From an uncultured Litorivicinus sp. (GTDB lineage Bacteria; Pseudomonadota; Gammaproteobacteria; Pseudomonadales; Litorivicinaceae): a DNA stretch of 64,000 bases. Position numbers and translations under genes: made by a program. Positions 10,410 through 21,231 of this stretch are shown piece after piece (positions within the stretch are counted from its first letter, which is position 1; each line of letters starts with the position of its first letter). Below the pieces are notes generated by a model. It was not told the origin of the DNA. It worked only from the letters and a program-made list of their open reading frames with translations, and did not search any database. The DNA lies in assembly GCA_902541775.1 (NCBI GenBank), contig CACBSE010000002.1, positions 15,677-79,676 on the forward strand. The letters run 5' to 3'.

Positions 10410-12083
10410 ATGACCGACAAACGTCGCCCTTATTCGTCCGTTATTGTTGATGGACTAGCACAAACTCCTTCGCGCGCCATGTTACGCGCCGTGGGCTTTG
10501 GTGATGACGATTTCAAGAAGCCACAAATCGGTATCGCTAGCACATGGAGCATGGTGACTCCTTGCAATATGCACATCAACGAACTTGCTGATCATGCAGA
10601 AGCCGGCGCCAATGCGGCCGGTGCAAAGGCTGTCGTCTTCAATACCATCACAGTCAGCGATGGTATCAGCATGGGAACCCCCGGCATGCGTTACTCACTT
10701 GTTAGCCGCGAAGTGATCTGTGATTCGATCGAAACTGTTGTTGCCGGCCAGGGATTCGACGGTGTCGTCACAATCGGTGGTTGTGACAAAAATATGCCTG
10801 CTTGCGTAATGGCAATGCTTCGACTGAACCGTCCTTCGGTATTTGTTTATGGTGGAACCATTAAGCCAGGCGAGGAGCGTCGAGATATTGTGTCGGTCTT
10901 CGAGGCTGTCGGTCAACGCGCAGCTGGAACGATTGATGACTCACAGGTAATTGCTGTGGAAAAAACAGCCATCCCAGGACCTGGCTCTTGCGGGGGGATG
11001 TACACAGCAAACACGATGGCAAGCGCAATTGAAGCGCTCGGTTTATCACTGCCAAACTCATCCGCTCAAGAAGCGGTCTCACGGGACAAAAAAGACGACT
11101 GTGAACGAGCAGGCGCGGCTGTTATGCAAATGATTGAGATGGATCTCAAACCATCGGATATTGTCAGTAAAAAGTCACTCGAAAATGCCATTACCGTCAT
11201 CATTGCGCTGGGTGGTTCGACCAATGCAGTTCTTCACATCCTCGGAATGGCACAATGCGCCGGAATCAACGTGACTTTAGACGACTTTACAATAATCGGC
11301 GAACGGGTCCCCGTTTTGGCAGACGTTAAGCCGTCCGGTAAATATTTGATGAGTGAGCTCATTGAGATTGGTGGTATTCAGCCATTAATGAAGATGTTAC
11401 TCGATCGTGGCTTATTACACGGTGATGTCATGACGTGTACAGGCCAAACAATGGCGGAAAACCTTGCCAATGTGCAGCCATACCCTGAATCACAAGACAT
11501 TGTTCGCGCATTCGAAAACCCAGTGAAAAAAGACAGTCATCTTCGAATTCTTTATGGCAATCTGGCGCCCGAGGGCGCGGTTGCAAAGATTTCTGGTAAG
11601 GAAGGACTCTCTTTCACAGGGACTGCGCGATGCTTCAATTCAGAAGAAGAGGCGCTTCAAGCCATCCTCGATGGAAAGATTGAGAAAGGCTCGGTCATCG
11701 TGATTCGTTATGAAGGCCCGAAAGGTGGACCAGGTATGCGGGAAATGCTCTCCCCGACCAGTGCTATTATGGGCGCCGGCCTTGGCAAAGACGTTGCATT
11801 AATCACTGATGGTCGTTTCTCCGGTGGTTCTCATGGTTTTGTGATTGGCCATGTGACTCCAGAAGCTGCAGTTGGTGGTCCTATTGGACTTCTCGAAGAC
11901 GGAGATACAATTACAATCGACGCTGAAACAAACGCTCTCATCGTTGATATTCATGATTCAGAGTTCGCTCGTCGGAAAGCAGCATGGACTATGGAAAAGG
12001 AAACACCAAACCGCGGCGTTCTTGCAAAGTATGCTCGCTTGGTGTCTTCCGCGAGTCTCGGAGCAGTAACTGATGGCGACTAA
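10410..12083 (+). CDS. ilvD: Dihydroxy-acid dehydratase (short, [2Fe-2S]-type)
   Basis: [50 protein letters not shown]. Confidence 0.96.
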   Translation: MTDKRRPYSSVIVDGLAQTPSRAMLRAVGFGDDDFKKPQIGIASTWSMVTPCNMHINELADHAEAGANAAGAKAVVFNTITVSDGISMGTPGMRYSLVSREVICDSIETVVAGQGFDGVVTIGGCDKNMPACVMAMLRLNRPSVFVYGGTIKPGEERRDIVSVFEAVGQRAAGTIDDSQVIAVEKTAIPGPGSCGGMYTANTMASAIEALGLSLPNSSAQEAVSRDKKDDCERAGAAVMQMIEMDLKPSDIVSKKSLENAITVIIALGGSTNAVLHILGMAQCAGINVTLDDFTIIGERVPVLADVKPSGKYLMSELIEIGGIQPLMKMLLDRGLLHGDVMTCTGQTMAENLANVQPYPESQDIVRAFENPVKKDSHLRILYGNLAPEGAVAKISGKEGLSFTGTARCFNSEEEALQAILDGKIEKGSVIVIRYEGPKGGPGMREMLSPTSAIMGAGLGKDVALITDGRFSGGSHGFVIGHVTPEAAVGGPIGLLEDGDTITIDAETNALIVDIHDSEFARRKAAWTMEKETPNRGVLAKYARLVSSASLGAVTDGD

Positions 12084-12593
12084 TTAACGACAGATGCGGT
12101 CCCAGACCTCATGACTGTGGGCTGGTGACGCATCATCGCCAGCATGGTCTTCAAATGAAGTTCGCGTAAACTTTTCCCGATCAGGTGCCTCAAAAAATGC
12201 GTCCCCATCGGGTGACGCATGTACCTGAGTCACATACATCCGATCGACTTGATCAAACGCTTCACAGTATACGGTGGCTCCACCAATCACCATCACCTCA
12301 TCGACGCCATCAAGGTCAGCCTGTGCTTTTGCCAGCTTTAATGCATCCGCCAAACTTCCAACAACCCGAACCCCTGGTGCCGACCAATCCGAATTGCGCG
12401 TGATCACGACGTTAGTTCGTCCAGGAAGTGGGCGCCCGATCGATTCAAAGGTTTTCCGGCCCATCACAACGGGTTTCCCCATTGTGACTTGCTTGAAGTA
12501 CTTCAAATCGGACGGCAGGTGCCATGGAAGTTGGTTATCAACGCCAATGATGCCGTTATCGGCGCGTGCGACAATCAATGCTGTCCGTATCAT
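12084..12593 (-). CDS. folA: Dihydrofolate reductase
   Basis: [45 protein letters not shown]. Confidence 0.96.
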   Translation of the reverse strand: MIRTALIVARADNGIIGVDNQLPWHLPSDLKYFKQVTMGKPVVMGRKTFESIGRPLPGRTNVVITRNSDWSAPGVRVVGSLADALKLAKAQADLDGVDEVMVIGGATVYCEAFDQVDRMYVTQVHASPDGDAFFEAPDREKFTRTSFEDHAGDDASPAHSHEVWDRICR

Positions 12594-13423
12594 ATAGCCA
12601 CCGGTGCTTTGATATGAGGATGTGGTTTATATCCATCAATCACAATATCCTCTTCGCGATAATCCAGAATCGAATCAGGTGTTCGTACTAAAGTTACTGT
12701 GGGTAGTAGTCGAGGTTCGCGAGAGAGCTGTTCACGCGCTTGGTCAATATGATTATGATACAAATGCACATCGCCACCGGTCCAAATGAAATCACCCAAA
12801 CCTAAGCCACATTGGTCAGCAACCAGCTGTGTCAATAATGCGTAGCTCGCGATATTAAAAGGTACCCCGAGAAACACATCAGCAGAACGCTGATACAACT
12901 GACACGACAGTTGATGGTTAGCGACGTAAAACTGAAAGAGAGTATGACAGGGAGCGAGCGCCATCCGTCCCGCGCGCACATTGTCTTGCGGCGATTGGCT
13001 TTCATCAGGCAATAGGGACGGATTCCATGCAGAGACCAAGAGACGTCTGGAGTTTGGCCGGACTTTAATCGATTCAACCACCTTGGTCAGCTGATCAATC
13101 GTACGTCCATCAGGAGTTGGCCAAGAACGCCACTGTGCCCCGTATAAAGGACCTAAATCACCGTCCTCTGTCGCCCACTCATCCCAGATCGACACACCAT
13201 GATCACGAAGATACTGCGTGTTGGTATCACCCTGCATGAACCACAGAAGCTCATGGATCACAGACTTCAAATGGACCTTCTTGGTTGTCACTAGGGGGAA
13301 CCCCGCATTCAGATCAAATCGCATCTGATGACCGAAACGACTCAAAGTCCCTGTGCCTGTTCGGTCACCCTTTGCGGTGCCTTCATCCAATAAAAGTTGG
13401 AGTAAATCAAGATATGCGCGCAC
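12590..13423 (-). CDS. thyA: Thymidylate synthase
   Basis: [42 protein letters not shown]. Start moved to GTG 13423 after an AAGGAG SD. Confidence 0.96.
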   Translation of the reverse strand: MRAYLDLLQLLLDEGTAKGDRTGTGTLSRFGHQMRFDLNAGFPLVTTKKVHLKSVIHELLWFMQGDTNTQYLRDHGVSIWDEWATEDGDLGPLYGAQWRSWPTPDGRTIDQLTKVVESIKVRPNSRRLLVSAWNPSLLPDESQSPQDNVRAGRMALAPCHTLFQFYVANHQLSCQLYQRSADVFLGVPFNIASYALLTQLVADQCGLGLGDFIWTGGDVHLYHNHIDQAREQLSREPRLLPTVTLVRTPDSILDYREEDIVIDGYKPHPHIKAPVAI

Positions 13424-14198
13424 TCGGCGACTCCTTCCATATGAACAATAACCACACACCGATCGCGATCATGGGAACTGACAGCAATTGACCCATCGTC
13501 ATCCAATTCAGTGCAATAAATCCGAGATGTGAGTCCGGCTCACGGACAAACTCCACCATAAAACGAAATACGCCATAACCCAACAAGAAAAGACCTGTCA
13601 CTTGGCCGCATCTCCGCGGCTTGGACGAAAATAGCCACAACACCACGAAAAGTAAGACACCCTCGAGTGCAAACTGATACAGCTGACTCGGATGACGTGC
13701 CAGCTCATCTGCTTTTGAAAAAACCATTGCCCAGGGTAAATCCGTTGGTCGACCCCACAACTCGCCACCGATAAAATTACCTAGTCGACCAAGGCCCAAG
13801 CCAATCGGAATGAGAGGCGCTAATGCGTCACCGAGAGCGAGTGGTGCGACCTGATGCTTTCGAGCAAAAATCCAGGTAAGCGCGATTACGCCAACCAACC
13901 CACCGTGAAAAGCCATGCCGCCTTCCCAAACATAGAGTAAAGATAGCGGATTATCGAGCAGACGATCTGGCTGATAAAAGATCATATAGCCCGCACGTCC
14001 GCCGATGATCACACCAAGAGCGATCCAGCTTAAAAAATCAGACATCTGTGCTCGATTGATTGGAAAAAATCCACGATCAATCCGATAGATCGCAAGCCCA
14101 TACCCGCCCAAAAAACCGAAAACATACATCAGCCCATACCAATGGATCTGAATGAAACCCAGGTCGAGGGCAACTGGGTTAATCATCCAATCACTCAT
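13407..14198 (-). CDS. lgt: Prolipoprotein diacylglyceryl transferase
   Basis: [48 protein letters not shown]. Confidence 0.96.
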   Translation of the reverse strand: MSDWMINPVALDLGFIQIHWYGLMYVFGFLGGYGLAIYRIDRGFFPINRAQMSDFLSWIALGVIIGGRAGYMIFYQPDRLLDNPLSLLYVWEGGMAFHGGLVGVIALTWIFARKHQVAPLALGDALAPLIPIGLGLGRLGNFIGGELWGRPTDLPWAMVFSKADELARHPSQLYQFALEGVLLFVVLWLFSSKPRRCGQVTGLFLLGYGVFRFMVEFVREPDSHLGFIALNWMTMGQLLSVPMIAIGVWLLFIWKESPSARIS

Positions 14199-15000
14199 CC
14201 TAGGGACCTCCAAATCAAGCGGGCTGACAATACAGTAAGAAAAGTTGCAAACAGTCGTTGAAGCAGCTTTTGATCAAGAGAATGGGCAAGCCGAGCCCCT
14301 AAGCGAGCGGACAAAGTGGATGTTGCAATAATTCCAATTAGTGCCGGCATATACACGTAGCCAAATGCCCAATCAGGCGTTCCTGGATGGTCGAGACCAA
14401 CAACGATAAATGAAATAGCGCCGGCAAATGCTGTCGGAATACGGATTGCTGAAGCTGTCCCGATCGCGTCGCATACCGGCGTTCCATAGGATGTCATAAA
14501 CGGTACCATCAAAGCACCGCCAGCAATACCCATCATTGAACTGATCCATCCCGAGAATGTTCCGACGAAAGCGAAGACTGGAATCGATGGCATCCGAATT
14601 GTTCCACCGTTGGAATGAATCAGATTGTCGATAAACAACTGAAAAGACATCATCAACAAAAATGCACCACGTATCACAATCAGAATTTGTCCAGGCAACT
14701 GATCAGCCGTCTACGCACCGATCACGCCACCAACGATCAGGACAGGCCCCATACAAATGACCCCGGCTACATCACTGCGCTTTTTTTGTGATGCGCGACG
14801 GTCGAACTTAATCTAGTGAATCCAAGACACGCAAGGCTTGTTCCGATGGCCAAATGTGCTAGAACGTCACGATTCATATCTATCAATTCAAAGCCCAAAA
14901 GCAATATGGGCACAAAGATCATCCCACCGCCAATACCAAATAGACCGGCCAGAATACCTACGACAAGACCAAAGGGCCGGCATAGGAAAATTTCCGTCAC
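14195..15000 (-). pseudogene. Sulfite exporter TauE/SafE family membrane protein, disrupted
   Basis: Repeated GLFGIGGG..VP / GIAGG..VP motifs, split by TAG at 14769-14767, a 1-nt frameshift near 14760-14765, and TAG at 14713-14711. Confidence 0.85.
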
Positions 15001-17291
15001 GCAAGTCCCGCTTCGAGTAATTCGCGCAAATTTGGTGGCACCAACAGATGCAAGTGCTTATCAATGAATGCCTGAGCGACGATCTGGAGAACTTGGATGC
15101 CAGATTCTCGGGTTAACGCCTCCTCAGCAAGCATTCGACATTCCGCAGAACTGAACTCACTTAACGCACGTTTCACCTGAGCCAACGCGGCAGACGACAT
15201 GGATAACTCATTAAACCCAAGACCAACCAATAAAACTGCGGCCAAAGGGTCTCCGGCCATCTCACCGCATAAAGCAACCGGAATTTTCGCTTGGATACCC
15301 GCCTTAGATGTCATCTCAAGCGCGCGCAAGACGGCTGGATGAAATCCATCAAACATATCGGCAACACGAGCATTTGTTCGATCGACAGCCAACAGGTACT
15401 GGGTTAAATCATTTGAACCCACCGAGAGAAAATCGGCCTCTTGAGCCAACTCAGAAGCAATATAAACAGCACTTGGAACTTCAATCATGACACCAACTTG
15501 TGGAGCCACAACGGCGTAACCTTCAGCGGTTAATTCCCGAACGACGCGTTGGATGAGCGCCTTCGATGCCCGCAACTCCTCAAGGGTAGTAATCATTGGT
15601 AATAAAATACGCAGGTTACCAAATACTGAATTCGCACGCAGCATGGCGCGTATCTGGGTCAGAAAAATTTCGGGGTGGTCAAGGGTGACACGAATACCGC
15701 GCCACCCCAAAAAAGGGTTTTCCTCTTCGATCGAAAAATAAGGAAGGCTTTTATCACCACCAATATCGAGTGTCCTCATTACGACTGGTGCTGGGGAATA
15801 AGTCGCAAGTTCAGCTCGATATTCACTTTCTTGCTCATCCTCTGTTGGGAATCGAGATCGCGCTAGAAAAATAAATTCGGTCCGATAAAGTCCAACACCA
15901 TCAATCCAGCTTCGCTGTCTCTCTGATAATTCACCAAACGGACCGGCATTAAACATAAGATGAACATGCTGGCCATCTGACGTCGCCGCAATCCCAGATG
16001 CAATCTGCTCGAGATCCATTTCAAGACTTGCAGCGTCATCGAGCGCTCTCTGATATTCAGACAGCACATGCTCAGACGGTTCCACAATCACTTCTCCGCG
16101 CCAGCCATCGACAATCAAATGAGCCCCTGAGATGTCACCGAGAGGTAAATCCACAGCCCCCATGACTGCAGGAATCCCTAAACTTCGAGCCAAAATAGCC
16201 ACGTGCGAATTGGCAGAGCCCTTCACAGAAACGATCGCCTTAAGCGAACGCGTTTGGACCTCCCCAAGCATGACAGGCGTCACATCCTCAGCCACTAAAA
16301 TAACGTCATCCGGATAATCAACCGACTCCGATTGCTCGTGCAGTAACTTTGCTAAAATACGTCGTCCTAAATCCAACAAGTCCGTTGCCCGCTCTTTGAG
16401 ATACGAATCATCCATCGCCTCAAATCGTGCAACCAGATCCGATACAACGTATTTGAGGGCCGTGGGGGCGGTTTCCCCTGACCGAATGCGCTGACAGACC
16501 TCACCACTTAACGTGTGGTCCTCTAACATCCTTAAATAAGTATCAAATAATGCTGTCTCTTTACGCGCTAAATGCTCAGACAATGAATCGCTAATCTGGC
16601 GAAGCTCTGCTTTGACCTCACCCAATGCTGCTTGGAACTCCTCGAATTCGTGGTCAGGGTTGTCAGTCTTCGCATCCTTGACTCGCCGTAGATTAGCAGG
16701 TGGCTGACGCACAAATGCAGTCCCAGTGGTCACGCCTGAAACACCAGCAACCCCCTTAAAATGAACGTCGATCGGCTGTTCGCCATCAATATTACTGAGA
16801 TGCAGTCGGCCAGAAACCTTCGCATGCGCGATCAGTGCTGAGATCTGTGCTGCGACGGTAACTAGCAGTGCCTCTTCATCATCACTAAATTTCCGCTGCG
16901 TTGTTTGCTGTACAACCAACACACCAAGAATTTCACGCTGATGGACAATTGGAACACCTAGAAACGATTGAAAAATCTCTTCACCGGTTTCTTGCAAAAA
17001 ACGAAACGCCGGGTGATTCGGGGCATCATCAAGATTGACTAATTCACCACGACTGCCGACTGTACCGACAAGGCCCTCTGTCTTTGCAAGGCTCGCACTT
17101 CTCACTGACTCCGGGTTTAAGCCGTCCGTCGCCATTAAAAGCCAACGGTCTGTGGATTCATCGAGCAAATACACTGAGCAGACACCGGTCTGCATTGTCT
17201 GCTTAATTCGTGTCACGATAATTGTGAGCGCCTCATCCAGAGTCGCGGCATCGGTCACCGCCTGAACAAGACGTCGAAGAATATCTAGCAT
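14997..17291 (-). CDS. ptsP: PEP-protein phosphotransferase EI-Ntr (GAF + EI)
   Basis: N-terminal GAF domain, SHVAILARSLGIPAV, GVGLYRTEF, RTLDIGGDK, EENPFLGWRGIR, SVGSNDLTQY. Confidence 0.96.
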   Translation of the reverse strand: MLDILRRLVQAVTDAATLDEALTIIVTRIKQTMQTGVCSVYLLDESTDRWLLMATDGLNPESVRSASLAKTEGLVGTVGSRGELVNLDDAPNHPAFRFLQETGEEIFQSFLGVPIVHQREILGVLVVQQTTQRKFSDDEEALLVTVAAQISALIAHAKVSGRLHLSNIDGEQPIDVHFKGVAGVSGVTTGTAFVRQPPANLRRVKDAKTDNPDHEFEEFQAALGEVKAELRQISDSLSEHLARKETALFDTYLRMLEDHTLSGEVCQRIRSGETAPTALKYVVSDLVARFEAMDDSYLKERATDLLDLGRRILAKLLHEQSESVDYPDDVILVAEDVTPVMLGEVQTRSLKAIVSVKGSANSHVAILARSLGIPAVMGAVDLPLGDISGAHLIVDGWRGEVIVEPSEHVLSEYQRALDDAASLEMDLEQIASGIAATSDGQHVHLMFNAGPFGELSERQRSWIDGVGLYRTEFIFLARSRFPTEDEQESEYRAELATYSPAPVVMRTLDIGGDKSLPYFSIEEENPFLGWRGIRVTLDHPEIFLTQIRAMLRANSVFGNLRILLPMITTLEELRASKALIQRVVRELTAEGYAVVAPQVGVMIEVPSAVYIASELAQEADFLSVGSNDLTQYLLAVDRTNARVADMFDGFHPAVLRALEMTSKAGIQAKIPVALCGEMAGDPLAAVLLVGLGFNELSMSSAALAQVKRALSEFSSAECRMLAEEALTRESGIQVLQIVAQAFIDKHLHLLVPPNLRELLEAGLA

Positions 17292-17776
17292 GCCATCGGA
17301 CCGAACCAACGTAATGCGGGTGCGAGCTCAGTCATTGCCCGACGATATACGTCCCTCTTAAACGGAATAACCTGGCCCAGCGGATACCAATAGCTGACCC
17401 ATTGATAGGCATCGAATTCCGGATGATCTGTCGCATCAAGATTCGGCTGAATAAACGCGTCATTCAGTGCCAGCAAATACCAACGTTGCTTTTGCCCGAC
17501 GCAAGTTTTTTTGCCGCTGGGCCGAATTAGGGACTTTGGTAGCCGATAACGAAGCCAGCCTGCGGTTTGCCCCAACACAAACACATGATTACTCGAGATA
17601 CCCAGCTCCTCATGAAGCTCTCGGTACATGGTCTCTTCAGAGGTTTCGCCAGCCTTCATGCCACCTTGGGGAAATTGCCATGCATCCTCTCCACGTCGTT
17701 TCGCCCATAGAACAGAGCCGGTCGGGTGCGCGAGGATAATTCCCACGTTAAGCCGAAAACCGTCCTGATCAATCAT
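17285..17776 (-). CDS. rppH: RNA pyrophosphohydrolase
   Basis: MIDQDGFRLNVGI, Nudix box WQFPQGG..MYRELHEELG, GQKQRW. Confidence 0.96.
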   Translation of the reverse strand: MIDQDGFRLNVGIILAHPTGSVLWAKRRGEDAWQFPQGGMKAGETSEETMYRELHEELGISSNHVFVLGQTAGWLRYRLPKSLIRPSGKKTCVGQKQRWYLLALNDAFIQPNLDATDHPEFDAYQWVSYWYPLGQVIPFKRDVYRRAMTELAPALRWFGPMAC

Positions 17777-17851
17777 GACTTGAAACTCCCTAAAAACCCT
17801 CGCATTCTTTCAACTTTTCATAAATCACTCAAATTAAACAAGATAAATTCT

Positions 17852-18508
17852 ATGCAACTTGCCATTTTCGACCTAGACCACACGTTACTTCCATTCGACA
17901 GTGACAAGGGCTGGAATCAATTTCTGATCGACGTTGGGGCAGTCGACGAGGCCTATTATCACGAAAACAATGAACGGTTCTATCAAGACTACCTCGATGA
18001 ATGCCTCGACATCCGTGCCTACCAACGGTTCGCATGTGAGGTTCTGCAAAATTACCCAATTGACCAAGTGACTGCTTGGAGATATCAGTACGTTCAAGAA
18101 ATAGTTCGGCCGCAACTACAGATCAAGGCTCTCGACTGCATCCGAGCTTATAAGATTGACGGTTTTCACACACTGATAATCTCAGCGACAAATACGTTTA
18201 TCATCGACCCGATCGCCAGTTTGCATGGTGTAGATGGTTACTTAGGATGCGAGTTTGAAATTGTTGAAGGCAAATATACCGGCGAATTGACAGGGATTCC
18301 GACTTATAAAGAGGGCAAAATCCTTGCCTTAGACGCTTGGCTTGAGTCGCAGAACGCGAATGCATCGACCATTCATTTCTATTCAGACTCAATTAACGAT
18401 CAGCCACTACTTGAGCGAGCTGATCAAGCATTTGTCGTTGATCCAGACCCGTCCTTGGCGCACCTTGCCAGGAATAGAGGATGGCCAGTGGTAAAATTTT
18501 CAAACTAG
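17852..18508 (+). CDS. HAD-IB family phosphatase (probable histidinol-phosphatase type)
   Basis: LAIFDLDHTL, IISAT, GK, FYSDSINDQPLL. Divergent from rppH, like Pseudomonas PA0335. Start ATG 17852. Confidence 0.8.
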   Translation: MQLAIFDLDHTLLPFDSDKGWNQFLIDVGAVDEAYYHENNERFYQDYLDECLDIRAYQRFACEVLQNYPIDQVTAWRYQYVQEIVRPQLQIKALDCIRAYKIDGFHTLIISATNTFIIDPIASLHGVDGYLGCEFEIVEGKYTGELTGIPTYKEGKILALDAWLESQNANASTIHFYSDSINDQPLLERADQAFVVDPDPSLAHLARNRGWPVVKFSN

Positions 18509-18520
18509 GTGGGGTCTCTC

Positions 18521-19456
18521 ATGAAACGGGTCGGTTATTTCACTCATTCAGATTGCATGAGTCACAATATGGGACATATGCATCCAGAAAGCCCGATGCG
18601 ATTGGATGCGATCAATGCTCGACTTCAAGCCCAGGGACTGATGCTCGATCTGGCACAATTCGATGCTAAATCGGCCAATCTCGACCTCATCGAAAGAGCA
18701 CACCCACGTCAATACGTGCATGACATCAAGCAAACTGGGCTTGATGTCACGGACGGTGATTTAATTCCACTCGATAGCGACACATCAATGGGTCCAGGAT
18801 CACTGCAAGCGGCACTGCTAGCGGCCGGTGCGGGATGTCAGGCGGTCGATTATGTGTTGGCTGGTGAGATACAGCGTGCTTTTTGTGCAACCCGGCCCCC
18901 AGGGCATCATGCTGAAAAATCGTTAGCCATGGGCTTTTGTTTCTTTAATAACGTGGCGATCGCAGCATTGCATGCCATCGACCAGCATGGCTTGGAGCGA
19001 GTTGCCATCATTGATTTTGATGTCCATCACGGTAACGGAACGGTTGATATATTCGAAAATGACGAACGAGGAATGGTGTGCTCTTCCTTCCAACACCCAT
19101 TTTATCCGCACCGACACTTTGATACCTCAGGCGATCATTTGGTTTTAACACCAATTCGTGCCGGAGCTTCTGGATCAGAATTTCGGAACAAAATCGAACA
19201 TGATTTCTTTCCCGCATTGGATCAATTCAAACCCGAACTGATCCTGATATCGGCCGGCTTCGATGCACATACAAAGGATCCATTAGGTGAGCTCAATTTA
19301 GTGGAAGACGATTATCGCTGGATAACGGCACTGATTAGCGATATTTCAAAACGTCATAGTCAATCACGTATCGTATCTATCCTCGAAGGTGGGTATCATC
19401 TCGAATCGTTGAGCCACAGTGTGTGTGCCCACATCGAGACATTGCTTCATGGCTAA
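18521..19456 (+). CDS. Zn-dependent histone deacetylase family protein
   Basis: HPESPMRL, RPPGHHA, GFCFFNN, DFDVHHGNGT, SAGFDAH, LEGGY. Confidence 0.93.
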   Translation: MKRVGYFTHSDCMSHNMGHMHPESPMRLDAINARLQAQGLMLDLAQFDAKSANLDLIERAHPRQYVHDIKQTGLDVTDGDLIPLDSDTSMGPGSLQAALLAAGAGCQAVDYVLAGEIQRAFCATRPPGHHAEKSLAMGFCFFNNVAIAALHAIDQHGLERVAIIDFDVHHGNGTVDIFENDERGMVCSSFQHPFYPHRHFDTSGDHLVLTPIRAGASGSEFRNKIEHDFFPALDQFKPELILISAGFDAHTKDPLGELNLVEDDYRWITALISDISKRHSQSRIVSILEGGYHLESLSHSVCAHIETLLHG

Positions 19457-20654
19457 CTTATCTGACTATCAACAAGTATTGACACCAAATTATGGTCTGC
19501 CTCCCACAATTATTGTTAAGGGACAGGGCTGTGAGCTGTTTGGACAAACAGGTGAACGATATCTAGATCTTGCTGGTGGTATTGCTGTCAGTGCACTGGG
19601 CCATTGCCACCCCGATGTCGTAGAAGCACTGACCCAACAAGCTAATAAGGTATGGCATCTCTCAAACGTATTGGCGAACGAGCCTGCGATCGAGCTCGCT
19701 AAAGCTCTGGTGGCATGCACATTTGCTGATCGGGTTTTTTTCTGTAATTCCGGCGCCGAGGCCAACGAAGCAGCAATAAAGGCGGCAAGAAAAACTGCAT
19801 TCGACCTCCATGGCCCGGAAAAACATGAAATCATCGCTTTCGATAATGCATTTCATGGGCGCACGATTGGAACCATCACTGCCGGAGGTCAACCCAAGTA
19901 TCGGGTTGGATTTGGGCCTATGCCGGCAGGTTTTAAACATCTTCCTTTCAATGATTGCAATGTGCTGAACGCTCAAATTTCAGAGAAGACGTGTGCCGTT
20001 ATGGTTGAGCCGATTCAAGGAGAGGGTGGCGTCCGTCCAATTTGCCCAACGTTTTTCGAAAAAATTCGTGCCGCCTGCGACCATGTTGGTGCCGCATTAA
20101 TCGTTGATGAGGTACAGACAGGCATGGGGCGGACGGGCAAGCTATTCGCCTATCAACACAGCGACATAATCCCAGATATTCTAACAAGTGCGAAGAGTCT
20201 GGGTTGTGGTTTTCCAATCGGCGCGATGCTCTGTCAGGAATGGATTTCGGAGCATCTTATTGCTGGCACCCATGGAAGTACATATGGCGGAAACCCACTG
20301 GCAACGGCAGTCGCGGCCCGAGCACTCGAAATTATTAATACACCTGAGCTTCTGAGTCATGTCGTGGCCCGCGGGCAACAATTCATCGAGGGGCTAAATC
20401 AACTGAATGAAAAATATGGCCTGTTTCAGACGATCCGAGGAAAAGGACTTCTGATCGGTGCTGTTTTAAAAGATGAATACGATGGACGGGCTGGCGAACT
20501 TTCGGCCCTTACTATGCAAGAAGGTCTAATGACTCTTGTTGCAGGACCGCGTGTGCACCGATTTGCCCCGCCTTTAATCATTTCGAAAGTTGAAATTGAT
20601 GAAGCATTAGATCAGCTTGACCGTGCATATGCTCAGTTTAATAAACAGGCTTAA
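19449..20654 (+). CDS. argD: Acetylornithine/succinylornithine aminotransferase (ArgD/AstC)
   Basis: YLDLAGGIAV, FFCNSGAEANEAA, FHGRT, EPIQGEGG, DEVQTGMGRTG, SAKSLG, HGSTYGGNPLA. Confidence 0.9.
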   Translation: MANLSDYQQVLTPNYGLPPTIIVKGQGCELFGQTGERYLDLAGGIAVSALGHCHPDVVEALTQQANKVWHLSNVLANEPAIELAKALVACTFADRVFFCNSGAEANEAAIKAARKTAFDLHGPEKHEIIAFDNAFHGRTIGTITAGGQPKYRVGFGPMPAGFKHLPFNDCNVLNAQISEKTCAVMVEPIQGEGGVRPICPTFFEKIRAACDHVGAALIVDEVQTGMGRTGKLFAYQHSDIIPDILTSAKSLGCGFPIGAMLCQEWISEHLIAGTHGSTYGGNPLATAVAARALEIINTPELLSHVVARGQQFIEGLNQLNEKYGLFQTIRGKGLLIGAVLKDEYDGRAGELSALTMQEGLMTLVAGPRVHRFAPPLIISKVEIDEALDQLDRAYAQFNKQA

Positions 20655-20682
20655 CTCAAACGAATACGCTACACTGGACGAC

Positions 20683-21192
20683 ATGAAAATATCTCTAGTC
20701 AACCCGCGGCTATTGCTGGCAGCATTCGCTCTCTCGATTTCCCATGCGTCAATTGCACTCGATATTGCTGGACTGAAAATCGGGGACACTGTGGATGACT
20801 TCCAGAGCTTGGAAAGTCCTGCAAAAGAGTTTTTAACAGTTACTCATGATCCGGACGGCAACATTGTTCGCATTTTTTATCGCCAAGAGGGCCTACCGAA
20901 TGATGAAAAAACGCAAGCCAAACTGGTCAACCGTATTTGTAACAAGTATGGACGTGTCACGCCTTGCTACTCAGCACTCTCCGAAATCGAATCTGACGAT
21001 AAAAGGTTTTTGCGATTCTTCCATCTGTATCGCGATGACAACGAAACTCAAGAACTGCGTGCGCGCATTCGTCGTACAAAAGCGTTTAGTTTAACTCCAG
21101 ATTTGACTGTTGAAATAGATTTGATGGATTCAGCCTATGCGAAAGCGTTGCGTGAGCAAAAGGCGACTGCGTCAGATTTAATCGACTTTTAA
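20683..21192 (+). CDS. Hypothetical exported protein
   Basis: Open frame with Sec-like signal peptide (MKISLVNPRLLLAAFALSISHASIA), two Cys, and no recognised domain. Confidence 0.7.
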   Translation: MKISLVNPRLLLAAFALSISHASIALDIAGLKIGDTVDDFQSLESPAKEFLTVTHDPDGNIVRIFYRQEGLPNDEKTQAKLVNRICNKYGRVTPCYSALSEIESDDKRFLRFFHLYRDDNETQELRARIRRTKAFSLTPDLTVEIDLMDSAYAKALREQKATASDLIDF

Positions 21193-21231
21193 AGAACCAA
21201 GCTAATCCAAGTCGATGGGTAAGCTCTTCAG

